Origin: Owenia fusiformis
Taxonomy: Eukaryota
NCBI GenBank assembly: GCA_903813345.2
Contig: CAIIXF020000001.1
Coordinates: 9,052,001-9,116,000 of the forward strand
Direction of reading: 5' to 3'
DNA: 64,000 bases
The position numbers and the translations under genes are program-made. This document shows positions 32,476-47,400 of this stretch, in pieces (position 1 is the first letter of the stretch; each line of letters opens with the position of its first letter). Below the pieces are notes generated by a model. It was not told the DNA's origin and did no database searches. It saw only the letters and a list, made by a program, of their open reading frames with translations.

Positions 32476-35400
32476 ATGACTCCCAAGCGTAAGAAGCAGT
32501 GTACTTACTTCACAATTGGAATATTCTTTCTACTAGGAGGGATAGAATATGGTAATTCATTTGGTCTTTTCCTGAATTTTTTTTCCCCCAGTCTCAAGTC
32601 TTGATCACACTCACAGATCGTGATTCATGGCATAGGTCGGCGGTATGTCACAGTCACAGGAGCATAAGCCCAAAAATACATATAATGAATGTAAAATTGA
32701 TGTCTGTCCAATTGAAGCCTACCATCCCAAATACCCATGAGTCCATACTCCATAGCCTCGGAAATATGCAGGCTCTCAAACTGTCCCGCAATTTGCGTAT
32801 TTGTCACACATTCGCCCGGCGCATTTGCTGGAAAATTTGAAGTCACACCAGTTTTTTTTGTGTGACAGAATATGTTTACGCATTTTACCTGATTATTGTC
32901 CAGCAAAAATATTCCTGTAGAAAAACTTCTAAAAAACGATCGCCGATACAGCACAAAACTGAATGCTGAAAAAAACGAACGTATTTCGTTTGGACTTTTC
33001 ATGCGGATACTGTGTATGTCTATGTCATGCATTTTCCTTGAAATATTTCATCCCCCAATCCCGTTGACTGCGAGCTCGAAAATATTGGGGTGTCCAAAGT
33101 TTGGTTATATGCAATAAAATTTGAACCAAAGTGCTCGAAATGTGGCCAATGTGTTCAGATTTGGACAAAGGTGTCCAAAATTTGAACAAAGGTGTTCAAC
33201 ATTTAAAAGTCACTCATGTTAGGTGTTCCCAAGTTGACAGGCCTGAATATGTAAGAAAAAGATTGATTCGAATACAGAGATCTCTTTACTTGGTGTGTTC
33301 GACTCGATCTTTTTTAGACATGTTCCTGGGCCGGGCCTATGCATGTGTCCTTGATCATGCATAATAACGCAGATGCGAGTAGGTAGTTACCAGTTTCACC
33401 ACCAGGTGGCTCGTTCGGGTCAGATAGCATGGCGGGTATAGTAGAAAGTTCCCTTTAACTTAAATTACATATGTTTTAGTAGTTCTATTTTCATATAACC
33501 CTTATGTATCTAATAGTTAAGCAAATCAGAATACGTCCAGTAAATGAAAATGTTATCTGACCAATACAAGAAAAGATATTTCACTTTTTGTGATTTTGTA
33601 ACATGGGCTATATGGAGAATCAACCCGAACTAGAAGTCACACTTTAAAAATTATTAAATTTTCAAACTTGATAAACAATTTTCGAAACCATATTTCTAGA
33701 TGTACTTTTACATGTAGATTTCAAATATAACATCGCTTTGACTGAATTTTGAATATTTAATGGCGTAATTTTTCCTACTCGCATCTAGTCTATTAAATTT
33801 GAATGTTTTTGAGACAGCTTTGAAAGAATTTGGTTGAATTGCCTGAGCAGGAGGGTTTGTAAGAGATAATCTTTTGATTGGCTGTTGCAGTGATTTGACT
33901 GCAAATCAGATTGTGAGTTCTTAAACGTTGAAATCCTAACTGCTTATTGCAGAGGGAAAGACTCAAGAGAAAGAAGATATTCTGGTATCGAAAGATGCTA
34001 CCATCAGACGTTTCCACATAACATTTTGTGTTGAATGTTCATTTACTTGTCAACAGCATTTCGTTCAGTGTTGTCAATGGCAGTTTGTTTACTGACACGA
34101 TTTGCCATTTCCATCTGATCAGATCACCAAAAAAATGTATCATTGGATGTTGTTTGAAATTCACAACTTCACAATTCACAATTCACAATTCACAATTCAC
34201 AATTCAGATAACTTTGCCTACTGTCATGTTTCAGCGGTGATTTTACCTACAATATGGCTGTACTTACACAACCAGTTTCATGCAGAACAATATTTCCTTG
34301 GAATTGTACTCTCAGCATTCAGCTTCTCTGGTCTCTTTGCTGGGCCTATCATGGGCAGGTATGTCTTAAGAATAACTTTTTAACCTTGATGTGTGTATTG
34401 AAATGCATTGAACTTCAATAAATATTCTACCTTGATGTGTCTTGAACTTGAATAAATATTCAACCTTGATGTGTATTGAACTTGAATAAATATTCAACCT
34501 TGATGTGTATTGAACTTGAATAAATATTCAACCTTGATGTGTATGATGTGGTTGCTTACATATACACAGTAGACAATTTTTTGAGAGAAATGGGAACATA
34601 TTATATAATTCAACCACAGTTGAGGAACAATTCTATTCCAAGTTACAGTGTTTGAAATAACGCAGATGCGAGTAAGTAGTTACCAGTTTCGCCACCAGGT
34701 GGCTCGTTCGGGTCAGATAACATGGCGGGTATAGTAGAAAGTTCCCTTTAACTTAAATTACATCTGTTTTAGTGGTTCAATTTTTATATAACCCTTATGT
34801 ATCTAATTGTTATGCAAATTAAAATATGTCCAGTAAAAGAAAATGTTATCTGTCCAATACAAGAAAAGATATTTCACTTTTTGTGATTTTATAACATGGG
34901 GTCTATGAGGAATCAACCCGAGCTAGAAGTCACATTTTCAAAAAAAATTAAATTTTCAAAGTTGATAAACAATTTTCGAAACCATTTTACTAGATGTACT
35001 TTTACATGTAGATTTCAAATATGACATCACTTTGACTGAATTTTCAATATTTAATGACGTAAATCGAGATTATTTCTATTCGCATCTAGTCTATTGGTCT
35101 ATAATTTTAACTTTATTTTTTAATTTTCTGTACCATTATATAAATTCTATTGAAAGCCCATGTTGTCAAGAATACGAACATCACTTATTATTTGCATGTT
35201 TATATTTCAGATGGTCTGATGTTGCCAAAAATACAAAATGGATCCTTATATTTGCAAACATGTTTGAAATCGGGGGAAACATCATGTATTTCATGGGATA
35301 TTCCATGTGGTTCATCCTAGCAGCAAGGCTTATTGCAGGTATGTTGTAGTGTATGCTCATATACAATCATTCCCTGTCTTGTTTTCCCAGAACATTTAAA

Positions 35401-38400
35401 AGTTTCAAAGGTACCAAAATGGCATGTCTGAATTCATGTATATATATTTGTCTTTAAGTTCGATGATAAGGTTGAATTGTATGAGATATATGAATATTAT
35501 AAATGTTGAATTGTTATTATATTGCTCAATGTGTTCGTTGATTTATCTTGTATTAAATTGTAACATAATTGTACCTGCATGAGTTACACTGTAATAACTT
35601 CCCATTTCTGCTTTATGAGACTTGTTAGCATATCTGTATCCTTATTGCTTACTCATATATAGACAATCTATATAAACAGCATGCGTCCATAAACACTTAA
35701 CTTGCCTTTCATAAAACTTTGAAGTTGAGGTTTTAAATTTTCTTGCACATATTCTGTCAGAGTCCCATCTTAATCTGCCCATCCATAGTGTAATTTTCCC
35801 ATCTTTCTTCATGAAATATGCTTGAACATAGGAAAAACACAATATGGAACTTAAAACTGAAGAAAGTAGAACAGAAGACTGTTAGATGTAAGAAATTTTT
35901 CAAAGAAATTGACAGAGTTTATCTGAAATGAAATATATTGTTTTTAGGACAAAAACAGCCAGATATTGCCATGGTCCCTTAGACTTAAGAATCTATCAAA
36001 ACGGAGACTTCATAAACTTTGATATCCAATTGTCCTTTCCCACTCTATTTATGCTTTTTTAATGTTAGGTATAGGAACAGGTGTAGGAGCTGCTATATTA
36101 GCTGATATAGCCAGAGTTACTACCCCAGATGAGAGGACTGGGGTGCTATCTATGTTCATGGGTATCAGGCAAATTGCTTTACTCTTTGGTAAGGCTTCAG
36201 AGTATGGTGTTTCATGAATGTAGTCAATGTACACTCATCAACAAGTTTGGAAACAAGAATTTAACATAAAGTCATACAGGCACATATTTTAGAAAGTTTC
36301 CAAACTTAGGAGAGGGGGAGTGTCTAAAGTGTGTTATACATGCTGTTTATTCTTGCTTCATAGTTGTACTGCTGATGCATCGTGATAATATGATTATGTG
36401 TAATTATGTTTACTTGCTATATAACTATCAGCTTGCCTTGTTGTTGTAGTCATTCATTCTATGCTAGTACTATACTAGTTCCTGGTGCATGTTTTACTAG
36501 TTAATGAACCCCGACCTTTGAAATTTTGGTTTGCTTCTTTTCATCATTTTCATAATACATGTAGTTATTATCTTTACCACCAGGAGGTGGTGATGTACAT
36601 ACATGTATGTAGCCACCTTTTCAGACCCAGACCAGTGTCAGTAAAGGTATTTTTTTTTAGTAAAGGTATTTGGTAATAGACGTTTCCGATAAATCATGCC
36701 ATCTTTTGATCCATCAGAGAAACCACAATATATTTGCTAGATTGATGATGTCATAGGTTGTACTTTTATAAAATTAGCAAAAAGTTAATACCATTTTTGA
36801 ATGGGCAGTTTGCTACCTACAACCAATGACATCATCAATCTAGCCAATAAGTTATAGTTTCCCTGATGGATCAAAAGATGGCACAATTTAAAGATGAAGA
36901 TGAAGAACATTTCATATTAAAATGTGCAAAATTTAATCATGAAAGACAAACACTTTTTGATAAGATATCTAATAATATTCCTAACTTTAAACAAATGACT
37001 GATGAAAGTAAATTTTTACACATAATGAACTACAAATCTAACCTCAGCGACATCTCACACTTCATAACTGTATGCCTCAGAAAAAGATCTATGTAACCAG
37101 TATTATAGATAATAGATGATAGATAGTTATATATATATATTTTTACATTATATAAACTGTACATTCATTTTCTTTTCATAGCATGACGATACCATGTATG
37201 TATTTAATGTAATATGTTACTAGGTTGTGTCAATAAATAAATAAATAAATTTATCGGAAACGTCTATTGCAACAAATTCCAAATTGTTATACAGTAGAAC
37301 CATTAGGATCAGCTAAAAGTGTTCTGATTAGGAGTTGTTCACATTTCCAGGGTTTTTCATGCACATGATTTGGGATTTTGAAAAAATGTGAACACATTCT
37401 CAATAAATATTTGTATTCATTGACCACATAACTTTATGGCATTCTAAACATTTGAAAATCTAATTCAGATGAATTTATTAGTCAGTATTATGATCGAGAT
37501 CATTCAATGCCTTTTCCAAAAGTTTCATTATCATAATAAAACAGTGATTAATAGGACAATGACAAGTTTAAGCATTTTTGTATTAAACACTTATATTTTA
37601 TGAAAAGTGTTCACATCAGAGAGTTAATTTTTCAAATATTGCTGTTCACTGTTCAAATTGAGAGATGTTCACATTTCAAGGTTTCCGTTCAACATAGAAG
37701 TCAATGGGGAAAAAAAACAGGACTGAAAAAGTGTTAAGATAGGAAGGTGTTTCGATTAGCTAGGTTTAAGGTTAAACAGCTTTTACTGTACTTGTCTTTT
37801 CTCTGTTTGCTCTCACCATCTGTAAAATAAAGGATATAGTGCTACATCAACCCTTCTTTAATTTCTGCCCTTATCTTTATCTAATGCCCAACACCAGAGC
37901 TATAACCCACTTGCTTAGACATAATATTTTAAGTACTTTCCTGCAATTATTTAAGATTTTCGTTTTCATTTGTTTGGACTCGATTTTGTATTACTTGCTA
38001 TAGGGATTGGCAGTGGGGCAGGAAGTGTTGTAATAGCATCAATAGCACGAGATACAATGGATACTGAACGCACTGGTATCATAGCTCTGGTGTCTGCTTC
38101 TGGTGAACTTGGCCTTTTGATTGGTGTGTATTCCTTCATCCTATAGTCAGAATATCAGGCATATATACTGTAAAACACATTGAATTCACGAGAGCAATTT
38201 TTATGGATTTGTACATTTGTTTCCTTTCGCATAATGATGATTTTGCGATTTATAACATAATAACAGAGTACTACTAATACTACTCTTTAAAAAGAAATAA
38301 AGGTTTGTTTGTGAAGGAAAAGGTTGAAAAATATTTCTGGATTGGAAACTCATGCACTGCGAGTGTCTAATGGCAATCGAGATCGCTTTTCATTTTAGCA

Positions 38401-41400
38401 TTGAACTAATCATTTTAAGGCTATCATGAATGTACTTATAGTTTTAAGCTGCTGGAGACACGTCTGTGTAACAGCATTATGTACAAAATGACTCCATTGA
38501 TGTCAGTAAGTGATTGAAACCTATTATTACAGAATACACACATGCAAATGTATACAAATTTAATGTGTTTAACAGTAGCTAGAACACTCGCTTCATAGAC
38601 ACATAGCTCTAAACATCTGCTGAATTTGGATGTAATATAAGTTGCAATTCTATGTAAAATTCACATCAATGATTTTCTTGTTAAAGGTAACACGGTCCAT
38701 AATGTCCCGCATGTGCATGAATGATAAATAGTGATATATGTTTTATATAGATATAAATACATGCACATTCAAATCCTGCAACATTTGAAGTTAATATATT
38801 TCTGGACCACATGCCTTGTTTGAACCTTGTCTTAATCAGCAAAAACTGCATATAATTTATATGGTTGTTTGTTACATACATTGTGCATGCTGATAATTAA
38901 TCTCAAGTAGTATTTGAATTTTTTTATATGAAGAATTCTTAAATAATGTGAATCATATAAAGCTATTTTTACTGCAAAGGTTATGGAACAAAGTAGAGGG
39001 TCACTAAATCTTGCTAAAATTAAATGTATTCTTTTTTCTTTATATGGAACTATATATCAGATAGTTGATAATAGAATGTATTTTTTACTATAAATATTTT
39101 AGCACTATGTATGGTACATGTTTTTGATAATATACATATATTGTTTGTTCACTGTTTAATTAATGTTTATTTTAGGCCCAGGGTTTAACTTATTTCTGAG
39201 AGAGTTTGATTTCAAGATTGGTCCATTTGAGATTAACAAGTACACATCACCAGGTGTAAGTTTTTATTTTTTAATAAGTTTTTTATTTATTGAATACAAC
39301 ATGTAGAAAATCTGAAATTTAATATACAATGACTATTCTTAGTTTTTCATTTCATATGAAGTAAAGAAATACCAAATAGGTGTACATTATGATGCATTTT
39401 TACCTTTACAATTTCAATTTTGAGATTAAGCACTGGATTTATTATGTGTTGCTCTTATATGTACCCCAAAATGAGAGAACTAGCCACTTTGAAGACTAGC
39501 ATACAAGACACAAGTAGATTTATTGAGTCTTGTGCCCAAAACATTTACACACTAGTCAAAACAATTATATAAATAAATTATTTTATTTTATTGTACATAG
39601 TGAAAATCACCTTTGGCATTAACTGGGTCACAATTAAGCTGTTGTACATTATACGTATATAGTGTCCGAAGAAGTTGTCAACATTATTGATAGGATGTCA
39701 ACCCTGTAGCGACTGGGGGTTCGAGGGGTTCATGCGCACAATTTCCCTAAGAGTCATTTCAGAAGTGTACCAAGATTTTCAGATCGCTAAACAAAATAAA
39801 CAATATTGTAAAATCTTAATTTTAAACTTGAACATTTCCTTCATTCATTATTGACTATTTTGAGATAATATTAGTTTAGTAAGGTGTGGAAATATCATGC
39901 TCGGATATGCTTAAATTGCACGGCGCTAGCTGTGATGCTCGTATACAATAGGTTACTGATGTTGAATAATTGTGAAACTGAAATACCCAGCAGGGACATA
40001 TTCCCTTAGCATGGAAAAGTAAAAAGTGTGAAACACCCATATCCTATGGTGTACGAGCTTCAATTTAACCGCTAATGCGGAAATAATATTCCTAACTTTA
40101 ACTTATAACAATTTAAATGAGGAAAACTTGTGAATCATTTCTGTAAAAAATGAATAGGTGTGAACACCTTGATGTTTGCTTACGTACTCATATCAAACAA
40201 TATCCTTCTTATACATAAATTGACATTCCGAAATAATGAAAATTCGTTTTTGAAGAAAATTCAATAAGTTTTACATCCATGTCTGAAGTAAAAATATATA
40301 TTTGTACATTTTTAAATTACGTTAGTATTTGATAAAAGGAGTAGTTGACAATTCAAATTCACTCTATTTGGTTACAAAAGAAAGATACAAAATTTCAAAT
40401 TACTTTACCTGTAAAAAATGAATAGGTGTGAACGCCTTGATGTTTGCTTACGTACTGACGATAAAAGAAAACCCGCCAAAGGAAGAAAATTTTGGCGGGA
40501 ATGGATTTGATTGGTTGTTATAGAATTAAGCCATTTTAACCTTGGGTAAAAATAGCCACCTTTAGTATGTCTACAAACAGTTTGTATATAAAATTAAGTA
40601 TAAGGTGGAATAAAATTTAAAATAAACTAGAGTTTAAGCTATTTATGTAACTTCATACATTTTTAGAGCCAAAATCAAAACATGGTATATTTGAAGTGAA
40701 AAGGGGAGTGGGCATCGAGCGCACCACATTTTTAAAAAGTCGAACCCCACTTGAAAAATCCTGGCTACAAGCCTGTATCGAGTGTACTTTTGTGTATATG
40801 ATCAATGCCTTTGCCTTCCAGTTGTTCATGGCAGGTCTATGGACTATACTCAACATCTTGATACTTTTCTTGTATCATGAACTGCCTCCCTTGAAAGATG
40901 CCCTTACCAAGACAGAGCACACAGAGGACACAACCACTAACACTGCTCACACAGACACAGTTGGTAGTACTATACCTCGTGAAATTTCTATGCAAACTAA
41001 TGATCTCAATGATACAGTGACAAACCATGTTGGATTCTCACCCTCTGACGTCATGATTGAATCTGCAGAGAATTTAATGAACAAAACAAAAAGTACACAT
41101 GATGGAAATGATAAAAATCCAAACTCTAATCCAAATGAAAGAATTGCAAATGGGATAATGTCACATACTACAGATGGTGCAACAGATATATCAATCAATG
41201 CAGCAAATAACTCAAACAATGCAGAAAGTGTCTCAAATAATATAGCAGCTGACTCAAATAATGTAAACTTGAGGACTAACTCAGGGAACTATGGGAGTAT
41301 AGACAATTGTGATAGCTTAGACAATAGTAGCCAATATCACCAACAGAGGGAATCTGGGCCTAATGAAGAGATGACTAAGTCAAGCAGTTTACCATGGAGA

Positions 41401-44400
41401 TTTTACTATGATGGTATGTATTTGGTACAATTAAGAGTTTTCGAAAAGTGAATACCAATAAAATAGATGGATTCAACTGTGTTACACCAATCAGATTACA
41501 AATATTTATATACATGATCTTTTGTTGAATTGCATTGATGCTGTGTAAAGATACACATGTAATGCATATAAATTGGTATACATAAGTCTTCTTGTTATAG
41601 TATACCTACACTTTATTTTTTTACAATGTATGCTTGTATTTTCCAGAGTTTATACGAGAGGAGATTGTAGTTGTTCTTGCTATTGTGTTTGTTGGCTTCT
41701 TCAACCAGGTGGCAATGGAGGTAATATTATTCTTGCATGTCCATAAACATTAAACTGTCAATATGTCAGCACAAGTACCAAAAAGAGAAAGAGTATTACA
41801 AAACACAGCAATAAATGAGAACATTGCTTTATGAGAAAAGCATAACCCCATTATCCCACTTTATGATCTAACACACAAAGTATCAGTGATTAGTACCCAT
41901 CTCCACTACATTATAGACACTTGTACCATGTTCTCACTAACTCCTTATTATTATCCCACTGAACAAAGTTCATAGGGATATAGAGAAGCCATCTATCTGT
42001 TCATCAGTCTGTCCATTTTTGTGACTGGGCGATAGGTCGAATACCGGTTGACAGATATGGTTCAAATTTAATAGACGTATGCCTTATGCGTTGTAGGACC
42101 TCTGTTGGGAGAAGGAATTTTCAAAATGGCCACTCGATTCAAAATTGCCACCATTTTTTGTAAGAAATGTAATCTATGATAAATCAAATAGAAGAAATTT
42201 TCAAGATGGCCTCTAAATTCAAAATGGCCACCATTTTTTCATTAAAAATGTAATCTTTGATAACTGAAATACCAATCAATAGCACTCATGAAGATATTTT
42301 CAAAATCAAAATGGCCACTGAATTCAAAATGACCACCATTTTTCTGAAAAATGTTGGAATCATGATTAATCATTGTTATCATGCTACTCAAGTTTTTGCA
42401 AAATACAAATTCCTATGTTGCTTAGAAATATATACATTTTTTACACTGAATTTACAATATAAACATATATAACAAATATTCTAAAATTGAGACACTCGGC
42501 CCCCTCTTTAGGGCCGGTCCAAAATTCAAACATATAACAAACTCCAGGGAGCTTTATCTGGGAAGTGTGTCCTAATACAAGCATATTTACCTTGTTACTG
42601 ATAATATATCAGACCATGTCAGATTTGTAACACGATGTGTTATTTCTTGTCTAATGTATCATAAGACATTCATATTTCATGTTCTCTGTATCATACAGGA
42701 TTTACAATGATTTCACACTTATAAGAGCATTTTTATCAGAACTTCTGAATTGGCTCTTGTATAATACTAATTTTTTATTTATTTATAACCTCGGGGCCTG
42801 GATTTTGGATTTATGAAATGGAGAGTTTTTTTTAAAATTAGCATTTAGCATTCTTTGTATTAACATACAATTTTGAATACCGGTATATGCATCCTCCTAA
42901 GCAGGTGTCCAGAATCTGTAACTCTTTCTTCCCCCTGCTATAACCAATTTGGAAGCGCCCGATTTAACTGAATCACATGATCTAATTACGTGCAATGACT
43001 TATACATGATTTTGTCGCAGTGTTGCGACAGCCAATCATATTGCGAGTTCTTAATCGGGGGAAATGCTAACTGCTTATCGCAGGGGGTAAAAAGGAAGAA
43101 TATATTCTGGATTTTGAAGCCCTGTGATTGGAGGATGCGGTATATGCTTTGTCTTAAATTGGCCAATACATGTAGTTCTAAACAGTTGATGTATTAGTAT
43201 TGTTACTTCCTGAGATGCCAACACTATTGTCTTTTCTACACAAGTACTTAGCTAAATGTCTGCCACATGATGTTTCAGATATCATAGACAAGATTTCCTT
43301 TCTAAAACTGGGTCCACCTATGCAATACAATAGAAAGTTGATGCCATGATTAGTATGGTAAAACATGTTACATATGGCCCAATGTGTGTTGTACGTTTTA
43401 TAGTCCGGGTTGAGATTATTGTTACGATTGGGGTACCATTGTTCCTTAAAGGACATTAGCAACACAATTGGTAGTGTACACCCAATGAACATAAAGTTAC
43501 AAAGTAACAATGTCAAAGTCAGAGATGTAAGCTTCTTTTTTGTACCTATCCCCATTTTGTTTCGCAGTATAAGTTTTCCAATAATGGCGAAGTTTGAAAT
43601 AATCATGATGGTGAAAGGTAGATATGTTGCTATGGTACCATCAACCCAGACCCACTGAGATCTCCAGAAATGTTGATATTGTCCAGTAAAACTGCATTCC
43701 ACATCATCAATGTCATGTATCCAGAGTATGCTCAAGTTCAGGCATATAATACCAGGTATCAGTACAAGCAATGAAATGAATGATACTTTTATTCCACATA
43801 ATGATTTTGCCTTAAGTGGGACAAACACTGCTATGATCCGTTCAAATGTTACCAAAACAAGAATCCAAGCTGACTTAAATGTACACAGACATACAAAAGA
43901 AATGTTAGAATTTTGCACCCAGATGATGTACTATAAGGCTGAATATCAGTGTTTATATAACGCAGCCAGTTTGGAACAAGGCCCATCCATAAAGCCCCCA
44001 TATCAACGCATGCTAAGGCTATGAGGTACACAGATGTTGTCCTAGATCTCATCTTCCTTCTGCAAAGAACACAAAGGCTTAAAGCATTTCCAAATGTACC
44101 AAATACAATGATCAATGGTGACCAATAGTTCCAGATTTTATTTGAAGTTTCAGTTGCTTCAATTGTTTTATATCTGGGTATATTTGTCTCTGGTCTTTGC
44201 CTCGTAACATTAGTTGTTGAATTGTCATTTGATTCAGGATTCAAAATAAATTTTGGTGGTTCTTCTATCCTTAAAACTCGTGGCTGTTTTACTCTTGAAA
44301 CACGATCAGATCCTATTGGCCTATTAATCTCTAAACTTATATTTATTGGTGTGTCTGTCACACGTAAAGTCACATTGCCATTTTCATTCCAGGTTGTAAC

Positions 44401-47400
44401 ATTTGTTATGAATATAGAAAGCATCATCATTGTAGTGTTTTGCGTTGCCATATTTTGAGTTACATTCTCCATCTTCAGTAGTTCTGCTTCCACCGAATGG
44501 TTTACTTCTAATTGATAGACCGCGTACAGGGTGGTGCGAAAAAATCGGACACTCGTATTTCAAAAATAGATATTGATTTTCTTGAGGAAAACATGTCATA
44601 TTATATACCAGTAGTACTTATCTTTAATTTGGTATATCATGAGTTCAAAATTATAATGTCTGTCAACCAGAGTCCATAATATGAATTTCATCATTTTCGT
44701 TTCAAAACAGGTTTTCCGAAACTTGCAAAAACCAACTTGTCAACTTGATTTACATAAACAGACGCTAATATGTCCACCATTTTAATCAATTATAGCCCTC
44801 AATTTTGGCCTAAACTGGTCAAATGCATCATTGACATGCTGTTGAGACAGTGAATTCGACTTCTCAATAATTCTGTCCTAAAGGGACTGCCTCGCCCAGA
44901 TCACCCGATTACCCAATGTCTGCGACTACCACATAATGGGAGGACTGGCAAAATTGGTATACCATAAATCCTTAAGATCTATTTAGTCCCTTAAGGACAG
45001 AATTATTGAGAAGTGAAATTCATTTTCTCAACTGCATGCATATCAATGATGCTATTGACTGATTAAGGCCAAAATTGAGGGCTACAATTAATCAAAATGG
45101 TGGACATATTGAACATCTGTTTATGTAAATAAAGTTGACAATAAAACTTGGTTTTTGCTAGTTTTGGAATTCCCGTTTTGAAACAAAAATTACGTCATTT
45201 ATATTATGGACGCTGGTTGACAGACATTATAATAAATTTGAACTTATGATATACCAAATTAATGATGGTTAAATTCCCTATCCACTGGTATATAATATGA
45301 CATGTTTTCATCAAGAATATCAATATATATTTTCGAAATACGAGTGTCCCATTTTTTGGACCACCCTGTACATACTGCCACGGTACAGTTGCTGTAAAGG
45401 AAATGTGACTGAGGCTTTTACATACTGGTATCTATAGCACTAATGCTGATTAAATTACTGCTTGCAACATGCTACAGTAATTAATGTCATACCCTTGTAT
45501 ATCTGTGGATGACAGTGATAATCTCCTCCAAATCAAATGATCCATTCTAAAATAAACTATAAAATGTTCACCATTTGCCTATACAGCCCATGTCCTCCAT
45601 TATAATGGCAACAATAAAGCAAACAAGTGTTAAATGTCCAATATATACAAATATATACATTTCACTTCAAGTCAGTTTGTGCCAGGGAATTGCATTATAC
45701 AGTTTTATATATTACTCTATGTAATGAGATTGGACATGAAATCAATATCACATCAAATTAGGGACGCCCTGAAAAAAAACAAAGCGCCAGAAGGATGCAT
45801 CTAAAAACTTCTGAAATGGCCACCAGAAAGCAAGGTTGCATCAGGTTGCCATTGAAAAGTTAATCAGCTCTACAAAGGATAGGTATCGATATGGTGAAAT
45901 GAATTCAACAATGTTTTTCTCTTAAACCAATTATTGAAAACATTCTGTAAGAAACATGATCCTTTATGCAATGTTGACTGTATGATAACAATTTATTTCG
46001 AAAATTATTAATATATACAGTAAAAGGTGTTCACATTTCAAGGTTTTTGCATTCACGAGATTCCGGATTCTGAAGAAATGTAGCCTTTCCCAATGGCCAT
46101 GATATCATGGCCATTACGCATACCTATTAGGGGTACTGCGAGCGCTCGAGCAATTCACCTTCGATACGAGCTGTATCGATACATAAAATGAATATCGGTC
46201 GTATTGTTTTTTGACCGGAAGTCCCTTCTTATTTACCCAAAGGGAGGGAAAAACTCAGAGCTTAAAGATGACAGACAGTCATAGTTACGTATCTTGCTTG
46301 CCGCCTTCGTTTGCCCCGATAGTTCCCGAATACCACACGTCGTTAAGATATTTTAATCGATGTTAGCATATTTCACACCTTTCTATGTCGGGATGTGAAA
46401 TAAACGTAATCTGGCTGAAGTACTTCTGGCTTTACAAGTTTGAAAAATTTGAATAAAGTTCAGTTTTACTTCAATTTACGCTATCATTGTATCGTATCGT
46501 TCGTATCGTATCGCGAGGTCAGTATCGTAGATACGTATCGATATTAAATTTATCGTATCGTGGTACCCCTAATTAGTATGACACCTTTCGGGGCCTCTGT
46601 AATCTTGATTTCTAGTTAGTATTGCTACCATCTGAAATTCCAACACTGTTGTCTTTTCTACACAAGCACTTAGCTAAATGTCTGCCACATGATGTTTCAG
46701 ACATCATAGACAAGATTTCCTTTCTAAAACTTGGTCCACCTATACAATACAATAGAAAGTTAATGCCATGATTAGTGTAGTAAAACATATTACATAAAGC
46801 CCAATGGTTGCCATATGTTTCATAGTCTGGGTGGTGATAATCGTTACTATTGGGGTACCATTTTTTGCTAAAGGACATTAGCAACACAATTGGTAGTGTA
46901 CACCCAATGAAAGAAAAGTTACAAAGTAACAATGTCAATGTCATAGATGTAAGCTTCTTTTTCTTTGTATGTATCCCCATTTTGTTTCGCAATGTAAGTT
47001 TTCCAATAATGGCGAAGTTTGAAATAATCATGATGGTGAATGGTAGATATGTTGCTATGATACCATCCACCCATAACCATTGTTCGATCCAAAAATGTTT
47101 GTATTCTCCAGTAAAACTGCATATCTCATCATCAATGTCAAATATCCAGAGTATGTTCAAGTTCAGGCATATAATACCAGGTATCAGTACAAGCAATGAA
47201 ATGAATGATACTTTTATTCCACATAACGATTTTGCCTTAAGTGGGACAAACACTGCTATGATTCGTTCAATTGTTACCAAAACAAGAATCCAAGCTGACA
47301 AATGTACACAGACATAGAGGAGAAATGTTAGAATTTTGCATGCAGTTGATGTACCAAAGGGTTGAATGTCAGTGTTTATATAACTCAGCCAGTATGGAAC

